This document shows, in pieces, positions 26,227-38,850 of a DNA stretch of 64,000 bases. This stretch comes from the human T2T-CHM13v2.0 reference genome, Homo sapiens: the NCBI RefSeq assembly GCF_009914755.1, contig NC_060928.1. One strand, written 5' to 3'. Made by a program: the position numbers and the translations under genes. Numbering within the stretch: position 1 is the first letter of the stretch; every line of letters begins with the position of its first letter. Below the pieces are notes generated by a model. The model made no database searches. It saw nothing but the letters and a program-made list of their open reading frames with translations, and was not told where the DNA came from.

Positions 26227-26899
26227 TAAGTCTTCCCAAAGCCTAGTTCTGATTATATCAACCTTGCCCCGAAGCTTCCACAGCCAACCCAGGTCTGAAC
26301 TCCATTGTCACTGTCTGCCCTACACCTATTTTTCCAGTTGTTTTTCACAGGGATCTTTGTTTATAAGACACTTAAATTAATGGAAACCAGTTTAAATAAA
26401 AACGGGCATCTATTTTGGAAAGTTGCAGATGTATGTATCTCACGGAATGTGATATGCAAGAGCATATAATGCAGGCTAGTCTCATGAGGGATTATAACCA
26501 ACTGTAAAGAAACTCATCCAAAGTCAAGGTTCCATCTCTCCTTCACCTAGTCTCTTATCTGTGCTTTTCTTTTGGTGTCTGCATCATTCTTCACCTTTTC
26601 TGTGGACTGGCTTTCATTCATTCACTAATTCAATAAATTTTTATAGAGTAATGCTATGTGCTGGGTACCATTCTACACTGTTCTGGATATAGGTAAACAG
26701 CACAAATCCCTGCCCCCCTGGAGCTTATAATCTAGTTGGAGAGAAGCCTAATTAATAACCATAGAAATATACTGTCAGGTAGGTGCTTTGAAGAAAACAG
26801 GGATAAGGAAAAGTGAGTGAAGAGTCATCTTATACAGGAGGAAGGGTGACATTTGAGAAGATAATTGGATAAGGAAGTACTGAGCTCCAGTGACGGATC

Positions 26900-28220
26900 A
26901 AGGTGGGAGTCTAAAGGTACAACCATTTTAGCCCAGTGAAAGATAATAATGAGGCGCCATTCAGTGCCAGACCTTCCTGTGGTGTTGGCACAAGATGTCA
27001 GGCCTGCACAGACAACATCTCCCTCCATTCCTTTCCCCACTTCCCTTCCTTGCATAGGTATCGATCCCAAAGTCACTCCTTAATAAACATTCTAAACACT
27101 AACCTCTACCACTGGGTCTGCTTCCTAGAGCCTGCTACCTACTCTTGGTTGGTACCAAGAGTCTGCAGAGAAAGCAAGTGATAAGATTGAGTTTTGGAGT
27201 CAGACCACTCTCTGCTGAGCTGACAACAAAGGCTCCATCTCTGGTAGGTAGAGTGCGAATAGCTCCTGGTACCAGCATATGCTGCAACTGTTAAAAACTA
27301 ACACTGTAGGTGAATTGGGATGATACACTGGTAAAAAGGAATATGGTCACTGGTGCAATGCATCAACTATTTGAAAGTACAGAGGAAATGTAAACTTTAA
27401 GAACAATGGAATTTGATGGCTGTAGGTGAATTTGATGGATGCTCTAAAAATTATGAGAAGCTGAAAGCATTTAATAGGCAATTGAAAATCAAATGTGAAA
27501 GCCAGAGGGCCTGTGTATCTTACAAAGAGGCTCTCATCTTTTGAAGAGGGAGATCAGATAAAGCTGTGGACCCGCCCAGGACTTAATTGTCAGAGCAACT
27601 CAGCTCCAGAAAGGTTTAAACTACTAACCTAGGCAGGTGGGCTATACAAAGGTAAGAGCCCCCTGGTTGAGATAGAATGGAACCCTGACATATAGACTGG
27701 TGACATATCAGGGGATTCCCTCCATCTCCAAATCTTGAGCACCCAGATTCCCCTGAATTAACCCCTCTACATGCCTGGAGACAATGCAAAGGCCCCTCTC
27801 CTCAAAGTCAGTGTGTTCCCCACCCCCACTCCTCGACCCACCCAGGATCTTCCCCTATGTCTCCTCCTGGCCTTGAGGCCTAGACAGACCTAGAGTCAAG
27901 TCTCAGCAGAATCCAGCTGGGAAGCTCTGGGCCTAATAACGGAGGAAAGGGAATATACCTCAAAGGCGTTGCAAGACTGAGTCACCACGTATCAGCAAAA
28001 GACAAGATCCTATAAATGGGAAAGGATTCTAAGGGTGCTTGGTCAGTCAAGAAGGCTAACATAAAATTGATGAATGCAGAATGTATTGATTTGTGGGCAT
28101 TCTTCTGTAATACAAGATTTGATACCCCAGGAAGGATCCCAGAAGATGGTGTGAATTCAATACCAGGATGGTTGCTACCAGGATGGGTGCCAGGGCGCTG
28201 ATGTACAAGCTGAAATGTGA
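26900..28220 (+). mobile_element. Ancient ERVL (LTR16-like LTR end plus gag-region internal sequence)
   Basis: LTR end aataaacattctaaacactaacctctaccactgggtctgcttcctagag, then ttggtaccaagagt (PBS-like) and degenerate internal sequence. Confidence 0.55.
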
Positions 28221-30889
28221 AAAAGTGGTGGCAAGTAGCCAAGCCAAGGGAGGTTGTGGGTGGCTGGCATTGGGACAGGGCAATGTTAGGAGGCTTCTCC
28301 TGAGTTGTTGGCCAGGCCTCACTGCTCTTGCTGCTGCTCAATCACTGCTGCAGACTGTCCTGTTCTCCTCAAAGAGTCTGCTCCTCAAACTCCTACTCCC
28401 CAAGGCACAGAATTTAAGCTTCTCAGAGCTTTCTACCTCCAGAAAATCTCATCCTTTCCTTATATGCATGTGGTGGAAGTAAATATAAATCTGCTTTAAG
28501 TTTGTTTCTAAATAAGAAACGTAAGAATACCCCAGTGGTTTTCTCTAAGCAGCAGATGTCCTGGTAGGAATTCAGACCTGAGCATCCAGAGGTTATCTTA
28601 AAAATCGTGGTCTATTGCCTCCTTGTCCTCCAACAGCTCACCTTCCAATGAATATTCTAAAACTTAATCTCTTACCATCTCTCCTTAAATATATTAATGT
28701 GAGAGAACAGAAGAAAGTTTTAGGCTAGATATTCATTTGGTTGGAGATTTCAATGTGAACAGTTTCTGAAAGTATTTAAAAAGAGGGCCTAGAAATAAAA
28801 GATACAACTCGAAGAGCCTGTGGCTTGAGCAGAGCGTGTGATGATTGCAATGGCAAGGTATGAAGCAGGAGAGCTAAGAAGAGGCAGATGATGTCAGGTT
28901 TTATAAACCAGGCTAAAAAGTCATAACCTAGGGTAGTAGTGAGCAAAAGGAGGGCTTTATTCAGAGCTGCATCATCGTCAAGTTACACCTTTTTATAGTC
29001 TGGAGAATAACTTTGAAAGGGGGGGATTTTACTGAGTACATTTTACTTGGTAACTTTAAATATTTATTGAAGTAAACATATATGCAATATTTATAAAAGT
29101 AAATAAAATGCTTATGAATTTCAAAATACATATTTAATACATCATAAATTGTATTTTATAAGTGAAAATAAATAATATTTATTAAGTCCCTTTTAAATAT
29201 AAAACATATGTTAAGGCATTGAAGATGGGGATGTCAATAGCAGAGCAGGTCCCTGCCTTCCACATTAGGATACGTCCTGGCTCCAGTGAGGCCAGTGCTA
29301 AAGCTGAGCATACCGCCTATGTTTTTAGCTAACAAAACAAAAGCAGTAACAGGTGTAATGACCTAGAGGTTGCACAGGAGGTTGAAGGATTCAACTCCTC
29401 AATATTGGTTAAATTTCCTAACATGTCATTCTTGTTTTGTTTTTCTTAGAGCTATGGATGGGAAAGAAGTTCATGAATGGGAGAGAATGAGCAGTGAAGG
29501 AATTAAACTACACTGATTTCCATAATAAGTAAAACCAAAGTCAATATAAGCAAAAGGGATAGATATTTAAGGAGGTTCAAGTTTGCATTTAAATTTAGTT
29601 ATATTAGTGGGCTCCAATAGACAATAAACAAAAAATTTCACTGATTTGATATTTGATTATTATGAGTTTCTTTTTACATCTTCATAAGTAGAGTATTTTC
29701 ATCAAGAAAGGAGAAATCCTGAAAGTTGGGCAAAATTGCAAACCAACGGCCATTTTTCACAGATGTGAGGTAAGATTTAATTATCTAATGGTAATTAATA
29801 ATTATGTCACTACAAGCAGATGCTCTGCCTCAGTGAAAATAGTGATCTTATTCACCCATGTCTGTGCATACATAATTTCAAAAATAAATTTTATGTTTTT
29901 TAAAGTACAATCCGTGTTGGTGAATTTCTCACTGAAAAATTTAATGTGTAAAAATGTAGCTGCATTGGCTTTCTCTTTACTGAAGGCAGTAAAGAGTGTA
30001 TAAGAAGATCTCCAAACCACAATGTATACAAAAATATGACTATAAAGTCATGAATGAATGGTATAAATAAATATTTCAAAAGCTCTACTAGATGGGCCAT
30101 ATAAAAAAAATTAATCTCATTATCTTAGTATCTTCTTATAGCCTCAAACATGATTATTAAAGTTTGTTCAACTCATTCACCCCATTACTTCCAAATGACT
30201 TTTGGATTTTTCAAAAATCAATCTATTCTTAATGAATGAATGCTATCACTAAGACTACCTTGAATGCAGGATCTGTTTTTGAATCATTTTGTCACATAAC
30301 ATATTGTCTGGCTCACGGTAGATGCTCAACAAGTGAATACCTGTGCAACTGAGGAAATTCCTCAGGAATTCCTAAACCTTTTCAGTGCAGAGAACATATC
30401 TCCTACTTCAATTCCTGAGATGTCACATCACTCAGCAGTCATGACCCACAACTTTGAGATGGAAATGGAAACTTATTCATGGAAGTCTTTGTACCATGTG
30501 TGGAAGTTTTAGGTAAAAATGAGTCATAGTAAAAGTAATATAATACCAACACTTTTCAGTCTTGTATTTCTTTTTACTTTTTCAAGTTATTTAAAATGCA
30601 TTTAAAAATTTTACCCTCCTAACAATCACATAATATGAGTGTAAAGTACAGGCAAAGGAAGTTTTATGGTGGAAGCTAAAGTTTAAATAACTTTGGAGGT
30701 GCTCTATGAGAAAAATAATATAAAATTAAGTGAGAAAGTATATTTATTTAGAATGAGAAAAGAAATCACAACGAATTTAAAATTTGAAATGACGATAATA
30801 CCATAATCATTACAAAATCCAGAAAAATAACATTTTATATATGTGTACATTGTACATATATACATAAATATTTATAAATATGTGTATAT

Positions 30890-31160
30890 TTTTAGAGACA
30901 GGGTCTTGCTCAGCTGCCTGGGATGGAGTTCAGTGGTGCTATCACAGTTCACATCAGCCTTGAAATCCTAGGCTCAAGCAGTCTTCCCACCTTAGCCTCC
31001 CGAGTGGGACTACAGGTGCACACCACCACACCCAGCTAATTTTTAAATTTTCTGCAAAGATGGGGTCTTCCTATGCCAAGCTGGTCTCAAACCCCAAGCT
31101 TCAAGTGTTCCTTCTGCCTCAGCTTCCCAAAATACTGGGATTACAAGCATGAGCAATCTG
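30890..31160 (-). mobile_element. AluJ-like
   Basis: tttagagacagggtcttgctc...cccaaaatactgggattacaagcatgagc. Confidence 0.88.
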
Positions 31161-31799
31161 ACACATATTTCTAGGACATTTTCCCTATATCTTTGGCAAC
31201 ATAATTTTTTATTGCCTATTCATGTGACAATAATTAATATAATTTTTATGGCAAAGTCAGAAAGATAATTTAGTCTTTCTTTTAGCTTGTTTTTATTGTT
31301 TTTATTATTGGTAGTTGAGATGCATAAAATATGTGACTTCCTACATAGTTGCATTTGTGGTTTATGGGCTGCTACAAATTTGTACCCTTTTGGCAAATTC
31401 TATGTTGCATGATTCTTAACATAAAGGAAATATTTATGGCTCATTGATAATTGTGTATATTAGATTACAAAGTAAATTCCTAACAGGAGAAAATTTCCAT
31501 TTGGACTTGATCAGTGTCCTCCAAAAAGTTAAGAATTATTACTATATTTTTATAGTAATTAAAACCATTTAAATAAAACTACTCTGAAAAATACACATAA
31601 ATTAAACATTAAAGACTTTACATCACGTAAAGAGATATAAAATTTAAGTGATTGACTTTTTTACATTTTGCTTATTTCTAAAAAAGTTTAAGATAGACCT
31701 ATTGATGTATACAATGCAGTTCTACGACATACATTTTAAGCAGATGATAAAATGAGGCAGAGTAAAAACAAGGCCATAGGGAAGCAATATGAGAGCCAG

Positions 31800-31928
31800 A
31801 CAGTGACTTCATACAAAGATACTATACTAATAAACTAAGCCTAGTATACTTGAATATTATATTAGTTGAGCAAATTACTTAACTATTTAGAGCCTGTTTT
31901 CTTATCTGTAAAATATGAATACTAGCAA
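31800..31928 (+). mobile_element. MIR, 5' part (split by MSTB)
   Basis: tgagcaaattacttaac...gcctgttttcttatctgtaaaat; continues at 34190. Confidence 0.7.
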
Positions 31929-34189
31929 TGTATTAGGCTATTCTTGCATTGCTATAAAGAAATACCTGAGACTGGGTAATTTATAAAGAGAAGGGGATGG
32001 TGCTAAACCATTAATGAGAAATCTGCCCTCATAATCCAGTCACCTCCTACCAGGCCCCACCTCCAACACTAAGGGTTACATTTCAGTGTGAAATCTGGGG
32101 GGACAAATATCCAAATTATATCATTCCTCCCTGGCTCCTCAGACCTCATGTTCTTCTCACATTGAAAAATACAATCATGCCTTCCCAACTTCCCAATAGT
32201 CCCCCAAACTCTTAACTAATTCCAGCATTAAATCAAAAGTATCAAGTCCAAAGTCTCATCTGGAGATGAGTTCCTCCCACCTATTACCCTGTAAAATAAA
32301 AAACAAGTTATTTACTTTTAAGATACAATGGCATATAGACATTGGGAAGACATTCTCATTCCAAAAGGAAGGAATTGGCCCAAAAAATTGGGTACAGACC
32401 CCACACAACTCTGAAATCCATCAGGGTAGTTATTAAATTTTAAAGTTCCAAAATAATCTTTTCTGACTCCCACATTCAAGACACACTGATGCAAGGGATG
32501 GGCTCCCAACACCTTGGGCAGTTCCACCCCTGTGGCTTTGCAGGGTTCAGCCTCTCTGGCTGCTCTCACAGGTTGGAGTTCAGTGCCTGTGGCTTTTCCA
32601 TGTGAAGGGCGCAAGCTGCCAGTGGATCTACCACCATTCTGGGGTTCCGGAGGGCAGTGACCTCCTTCCACAGCTTCATAGACAGTGCACACTCTGTGTG
32701 GGGCCTCCAAACCCACATTTCCCTTCCACTGCCCTAGTAGAGGCTCTCTGTGAGGGCTCAACTCCTTTAGCAGACTTCTGCCTGTATACCAGCCTTTTTC
32801 ATACATCCTGTGAAATCTAGGCGACACTGCCAAGTCTCCTTTACTCTTGCACTCTGCATACCTGCAGGCTTAACAGCATGTGGAAGTCTCCAACGCTTAC
32901 AGCTTGCACCCTCTGAAGCAGCAGTCCAAGCTGTACCAGTGGCCCTTTCAGCCACAGCTGGAGCTGGAGCAGTGGGGATGCTGGGAACAGCCTCCCAAGG
33001 TGGTGCAGGGCTTTGGCACTCTGGGCCTGGCCCATGAAACCATTCTTTCCTCCTAGGCCTCTGGACCTGTGATGTGTGGGGCTGCCTCAATCTCTGAAAT
33101 GCCTTGAAGTCCCCTTTTCCCATTGTCTTGGCTATTAGCACTTGGCTCTCTTATAGACATGCAATTCTATCTAGCAATAGTTGCTCTGCAGCCTGCTTGG
33201 ATTTCTCTCCCAAAAGAGCCTTTTCTTTCTTTGCCACATGGCTAGGGTGCAAAGTTTTCAAACTTTTACACTCTTCTTCCCTTTTAAATATAACCTACAA
33301 CTTTAAGTCATGTTTTTGCTCCTGCACTTGAAATAGCTTGCTAGAAGCAGCCAGGCCACATCTTGATCACTTTACTGCTTATAAATTTCTTCCACCAAAT
33401 ACCTTAAGTCATCACTCTTAAGTTCAGACTTTCACAGTTTGAACTTAAGTTCCCTAGGGCATTAATAGAATGCAGCCAAGCTCTTTGCTAAGGCATCACA
33501 TGAGTGACATTTGCTCCTGTTCCCAATATGTTCCTCATTTACATCTGAGGCCTTGTCAGCCTGGACTTCACTGTCCATATCACTATCAGCATTTTGATCC
33601 CAACCATTTAACCAGTCTCTCAGAGACTGGTTCCAAACTTTCCCTCATCTTTCTATGTTCCTATGAGCCCTTCCCTTCCAACCTCTGCCCGTTACCCAGT
33701 TTCAAAGTCATTTCCACATTCTCAGGTATTTTCAAAGCAATGTCCCACTTCTTGGTACCAATTTTCTGTGTTAGGACATTCTTGCATTAAGAAATACCTG
33801 AGACTTGGTAATTTAAAAAGAGAAGATGTTTAATTGGTTCATGTTTCTGCAGGCTGTATGAACACGGCACCAGCATCTGCTCAGCTTCTAGTGGGGGCCT
33901 AGGAAACTGAGAATCATGGCAGAAGGTGAAGGGGAAGCAGGTGCCTCACATGGTGAGAGCAAGTGGTTAGCGGGGCGAGGGGGAATGGCAGGCTGCCACA
34001 GGATTTTAAACAACTAGACATCAAAATAAAGCATTCACTATCATGAGGACAATGCCAAGAGAATGGTGCTAAACCATTCATGAGAAATCCACCCCCAGGA
34101 TATAACCACCTCTCATCAGACCCTATCTCTAACACTGAGGGTTACATTTCAGTGTGAGATTTTGGGGGACAAATATCCAAACCGTATCA
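31929..34189 (-). mobile_element. MSTB-like MaLR provirus (internally deleted LTR 31929-32123; full LTR about 33768-34189)
   Basis: tgtattaggctattcttgcattgctataaagaaatacctgag; both LTRs end ggggacaaatatccaaa..tatca; MST-int lies between them. Confidence 0.9.
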
Positions 34190-34290
34190 AATAATATCTG
34201 CCTCATAGAGATTTCACGTGAGGATTAAATGACTTAATACATGGAAGGGACTTAGCACATAATTAACACTACATAAATATTAGGTAATAT
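34190..34290 (+). mobile_element. MIR, 3' part
   Basis: ataatatctgcctcatagag...gtgaggattaaatgacttaatacatg. Confidence 0.7.
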
Positions 34291-34587
34291 ATAACTAAGC
34301 TTGTGAACTTCAAATATTATTATAGTTTTTTATTAGTTATCCCTTTAAGTAATGACCAGCAGATAATGAATTTTTTACAGGTTAGACTGTACCCTGCTCT
34401 AATATTTGAGTATCTTCAAAATAGTCTAACCAGGGAAACCAAAAACAGTGATAATTTTTCTTTGTGCTGCAACAATAAATACTTGAGGTCTGTTTGAAAT
34501 GAGTTTGAAGATTTGATTTAGTTTGAAGGTGGGATCTCTCCAATAGCCACCAAACAATTTCAAATATACTCTTCGGTGGTTACCTGC

Positions 34588-35040
34588 TATATTAGTCAGG
34601 GTTCTCTAGAGGGACAGAACAAACAGGATAGATACATATATAAAGGGGAGTTTATTAAGGAGTATTAAACTCACATAATCACAGGGACCCACAATAGGCC
34701 ATCTGCAAGCTGAGGAGCAAGGAAGCCAATCTGAGTCCCAAAGCTGAAGAACTTGAAGTCCAATGTTTGAGGGCAGGAAGCATCCAGCACAGGGGAAAGA
34801 TGTAGGCTGGGAGGCTAAGCCAGTCTTGTCTTGTTTTTTCATGTTCTTCTGTCTGCTTTATATCCTAGCTGTGATAGCAGGTGATTAGGTTATGCCCACC
34901 CAGATTAAAGGTGAGTTTGCCTTTCCCAGCCCACTGAATCAATGTTAATCTCCTGTGACAACACCCTCACAGACACACCCAGGATCAATACTTTGCATCT
35001 TTCAATCCAATCAAGTTGACACTCAGTGTTAACCATCACA
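34588..35040 (-). mobile_element. MLT2A solo LTR (HERV-L)
   Basis: tattagtcagggttctctagagggacagaac...ttgacactcagtgttaaccatcaca; TSD cctgc/cctgt. Confidence 0.9.
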
Positions 35041-35453
35041 CCTGTATTCATAAGCCAAATTTCAGAGACCAGGGAAAAAGTAAAGAGAGATATAGAGAAA
35101 GAGCAATGGGTATGTGCATGGAGTCAGTGTCTGTCTTATTCCTGATTATTTCCCACAATCTCATCAATGTCTACTACAAAATACAGGCACTTGAAAACTG
35201 CTGCTAGGCTTGAATTTAGTGGCAAGTAAAACTAGAAAATGCTTGAACTATTGGTTTTATTTACTAACACATACTTCCAGTATTCTTTTCCTAGAGAATT
35301 GAATATGTTATTAGCTTTTAATGGAAATATTGCAATAAGAAATTTTACAATTAATTCTTTAACTCTTATTTTACTGGCTGATGATAAAACATCTTTCCTA
35401 AAATGTGACTATGCTAATGGAATGGAGGAGGCAAATTAAAAATAAGTAAAGTA

Positions 35454-35598
35454 GTCTGGGTGTGGTGGCTCATGCCTGTAATACCAGCACTTTGGCAGGC
35501 CAAGGTGGGAGGATCGCTTGAGCCCAAGAATCTGAGGCTGCAGTGAACTATGATTGCACCTTGGTGACAGAGTGAGGCCCTATCTCTTAAAAAAAAAT
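35454..35598 (+). mobile_element. Alu monomer (FRAM/FAM-like or recombined Alu)
   Basis: Single ~140-bp arm ending gacagagtgaggccctatctcttaaaaaa. Confidence 0.75.
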
Positions 35599-36151
35599 AG
35601 AAAAATGTCTGACAGCTGCTCTGCCCCCTCCTAGGTCATGATCTTCACCTGCATGTTCACAACTGGGTTGTTGGCAGGTCTGTCTTTCAATTTTCATGAA
35701 AGAGAAAAGAGCCAGACTCCTGGAAAGGAAGCTTGTCTATGAAAAGGAGATGATCTGGAAGTTGTGACCTTTCCTTTCTTTCACTTCCCATCTTCTCAAA
35801 CTAAGTCACATGGCCACAGGCAGCTGCAAGGAAGGGCTTGGAATTGTACCCCCTAACTGGGCAGCCATGTGCATGGAAGAGGGAAGGACAGACTTGGTGG
35901 GTTCAATTCGCAATCTGCCACATTTGATATGATCATTTTAAGCAGCATCCATGATTTTTATATTGAAATACATCAGAATAGTAGTACACATTTTCCTTTC
36001 TTTAGGTAGTAAAGTATATTCAAAAGAATCTCAAGTGGATGACAACATGAAATAAAGCACTGCTGACAGGACAGTCAGACTGCTGTGTGGGAAACAAAGC
36101 ATTTCATTTAAACTGATGGTGAGATATGCTGGTGGGCCAGACTTCTTCAAA

Positions 36152-36233
36152 CCACTGCACTCCAGCATGGGCAACAGAGAGAGACCTGTATCAAAAAAGA
36201 GGAGGAGGAAGAAGAAGAAGAAGAAGAAGAAAG
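36152..36233 (+). mobile_element. Alu 3' fragment with (GGA/GAA)n tail
   Basis: ccactgcactccagcatgggcaacagagagagacctgtatcaaaaaa then gaggaggaggaagaagaag. Confidence 0.8.
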
Positions 36234-36249
36234 ACATAAAATGCTGTGT

Positions 36250-37360
36250 GGTGAGAATTTTTTTATTAGAACAGTTTAAACTTTACCCTAACAAATTCAG
36301 AAATAGGTACCTGGGAATGGTGTTCCATCAAAACAACACATTATGATATGTTACATATTAGTGATCAAAAGGTAGGTGACACACATGCACACACACACAC
36401 ACACAAAAAAAAACAGCCACTGCAGTCTAGGATGCTGTTGTCCATTTATCACCACATAATAAAACATTTGGAAAACATTATCCTGATAAAATCTTTTAGC
36501 AAACTAGAAATAAAAGAAAAGAGAACTTTCTTATTCTCCAAAACAACCATAGCAAACATCACAATTAATGGTGAAATGTTGAATTCCTTCCTCTTTGAGA
36601 CTAGGAAGTAGACAATTATGTCTTCCATCACTATGTCCATTCAACACTTTACTCAAGGTTCTAGTGAGACCAATAAAGCTAGAAAAAGAAATAAAAGATA
36701 CAAAGATTAGGAGGAGGGAACACACCTGTCATTATTCACAGAGAGTTATACGAGAGTTTGCAAAAATGATATGCAAACATGAATTGAATTGTATAAAGAC
36801 ATCATTCACAAAAGCTTAAAAAATATGAAGCATTTTGGAACGAATCCAACAAAATATGGGCCAGACTTCTTCAAATTATATTAAAAGACTATGGAAAAAT
36901 ATTATAAAATGGATATATATGTTAATGAATAAAAGACTAAATACTATATATGTTGGTTTTTCCCAGTTTCATTTAGAGTCAACACCATCTTAACCAAGAT
37001 CCCCACAGTGCTTTGTGTTTACCTTGGTAATCTAATTCTAAATTTATATAGAAATACAAAAGGTCAGGATTGCCATGAAGAAGAGCAAGTTGGGAAGATT
37101 TTCTTACTAGCTATCAAACATTTTTTTGACAATATAGTAACTAAGGCAACATGGTATTGGTATGGGGCTAGACAAACCAGTAGAATGGGCTAGAGAGTCC
37201 AGAATCAGACCACACACTAAAGATACTGGATATATGAAGAGCTGGACTGCAGGTCAGTGGAGAAGGGATACCATTTTTAATCAACAGTGCCAAAACAATT
37301 AGGTATCCCTGTTGGGAAAAAAATAAAAGTTGACTCTACTTCATACCATATACAAGCATG
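36250..37360 (+). mobile_element. Old L1M ORF2 fragments
   Basis: agcaaacatcacaattaatggtgaaatgttgaattccttcc; ggcaacatggtattggtatggggctagac. Confidence 0.65.
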
Positions 37361-38309
37361 TTTGAAACAGTCAAATATCTCTGAAATCAGGATGTTTTTA
37401 GAATGTACAACATATCATAGTTTACTTAGCAAACATTTTTTCTTTTCTTGTTTCAAATAAAATAATGGTGGGTGTTACATTTGAGATGACTTAAGTTTTA
37501 TGAAATATGGTGCCACAGTTTGAGTTTGGTCAGGAAAATAAAAGTCAATCTATATAGGCTCCCACAATCAATGTAAGGACAAAGGGAGTGAAGAGCAAGG
37601 GATTGTCACTGCTGATCTTACCAAGAAGTGCTTGAGAGCTCACCTGTAAGCTGCTAGAAGCCTTAGAAACCTTCAGGAAGCTACTGACAACTCTCTTAGT
37701 CTGCAGCATCAGAGACAGAGTGATTCTCAGAAAGCCTCTACCAATGACCTTGGCTAGACCTGGGCACCTAGAGGTGAAAAAGCTAATCTGAAATGTGAAT
37801 TCCTGTGCCCCTCTGATGTTATTAGCAAGCTATTATAAGAGAGACATGATCAGGTTAGAATTAGTGGCTTTCATCCAGAAGAAGAGATTAAAAATTCAGA
37901 AATTTGGGACTTTACAGGTTAGAAAAGCTAATGTCTTCTGTACCCCAAATAGCAGGCGTAAGACTTCACAATGAGCCTTTCCCTGGGACCTCCCATTAAG
38001 ACTTCTCAGCCAAACAAAGGAAGAGAGCCCTGTGATCAAAGGTCAGAATAAGAGCATTTCCTTCTCACACAAGTTTGTTTTAGGTGCCTCAATGTGGCTT
38101 CCATTAAATAAGGGAAAAAAACTATGAACCTAGCAGTATAGCAGTACACAAAGCGCACTGAAGATCTATGTCCAGAAAAAGACTGTGAGTGAATTCCTGG
38201 TACATAAAACCGGCTGGAGGCAAATCAGATGAGAAGCCTATCAAGTTTTTGAGGGAATTATAAAGCCATAGAAGCTACAAGCTTAATCTGTGATTATTCA
38301 AAGCTATTC

Positions 38310-38660
38310 ACAGTGAAGAGTATTTTTACGTGTCAACTTAACTGAATAACAGATACTCAGATAGTTGGTTAGACATTATTCTGGGGTGTCTGTGAGGATG
38401 TTTCTGGATGGGATTAACATTTGAAATGGTAGACAAAGTGAAGCAGATTGCCCTCCCCACTGTGGGTGGGCCTCCTCAGCTAATCCACTGAAGCCCTGAA
38501 TAGAACGAAAGGCTGAGTAAAGGAGAATTTGCTCTCTTTGTCTGGCTGTCTTTGCGCTAGGACGTCAGTATTCTGTTTTTGACTCAGACTGGTACCAGAA
38601 CTTATACCATCAGCTCTCCTGATTCTCAGGCCTTCAGATTCCATCTGCAGCTATATCATC
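38310..38660 (+). mobile_element. MLT2D-like LTR fragment
   Basis: ttttacgtgtcaacttaactg...acattattctggggtgtctgtgaggatgtttctggatg. Confidence 0.7.
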
Positions 38661-38689
38661 AGTTTTGATACCAGTATAAGAGCCTTATA

Positions 38690-38850
38690 TTATTTTATAA
38701 TTAACTCTTCCCAACTATATGAATGAGGTGTTTTAATTATCTCCATTTTGTGAATTAAGATACTGAGGCATACGGATAATTTGCTCAAGTCCACACAGCT
38801 AGTAACTGGTAGAGTTAGTGTTCACACCCAGCGGCCCTCCTCTAGAGCTG
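38690..38850 (-). mobile_element. MIR
   Basis: ttatctccattttgtgaattaagatactgaggca...ttgctcaagtccacacagctagtaa. Confidence 0.7.

Noticed and set aside
29420-29520. Splice-acceptor-like sites (here, about 49068 and about 56631)
   Set aside because: Polypyrimidine-AG alone is common and there is no coherent coding exon chain. lncRNA exons cannot be excluded without transcript data.
32318-32833. Longest ORF in the window (171 aa)
   Set aside because: It lies entirely in the MSTB internal region and is transposon-derived.
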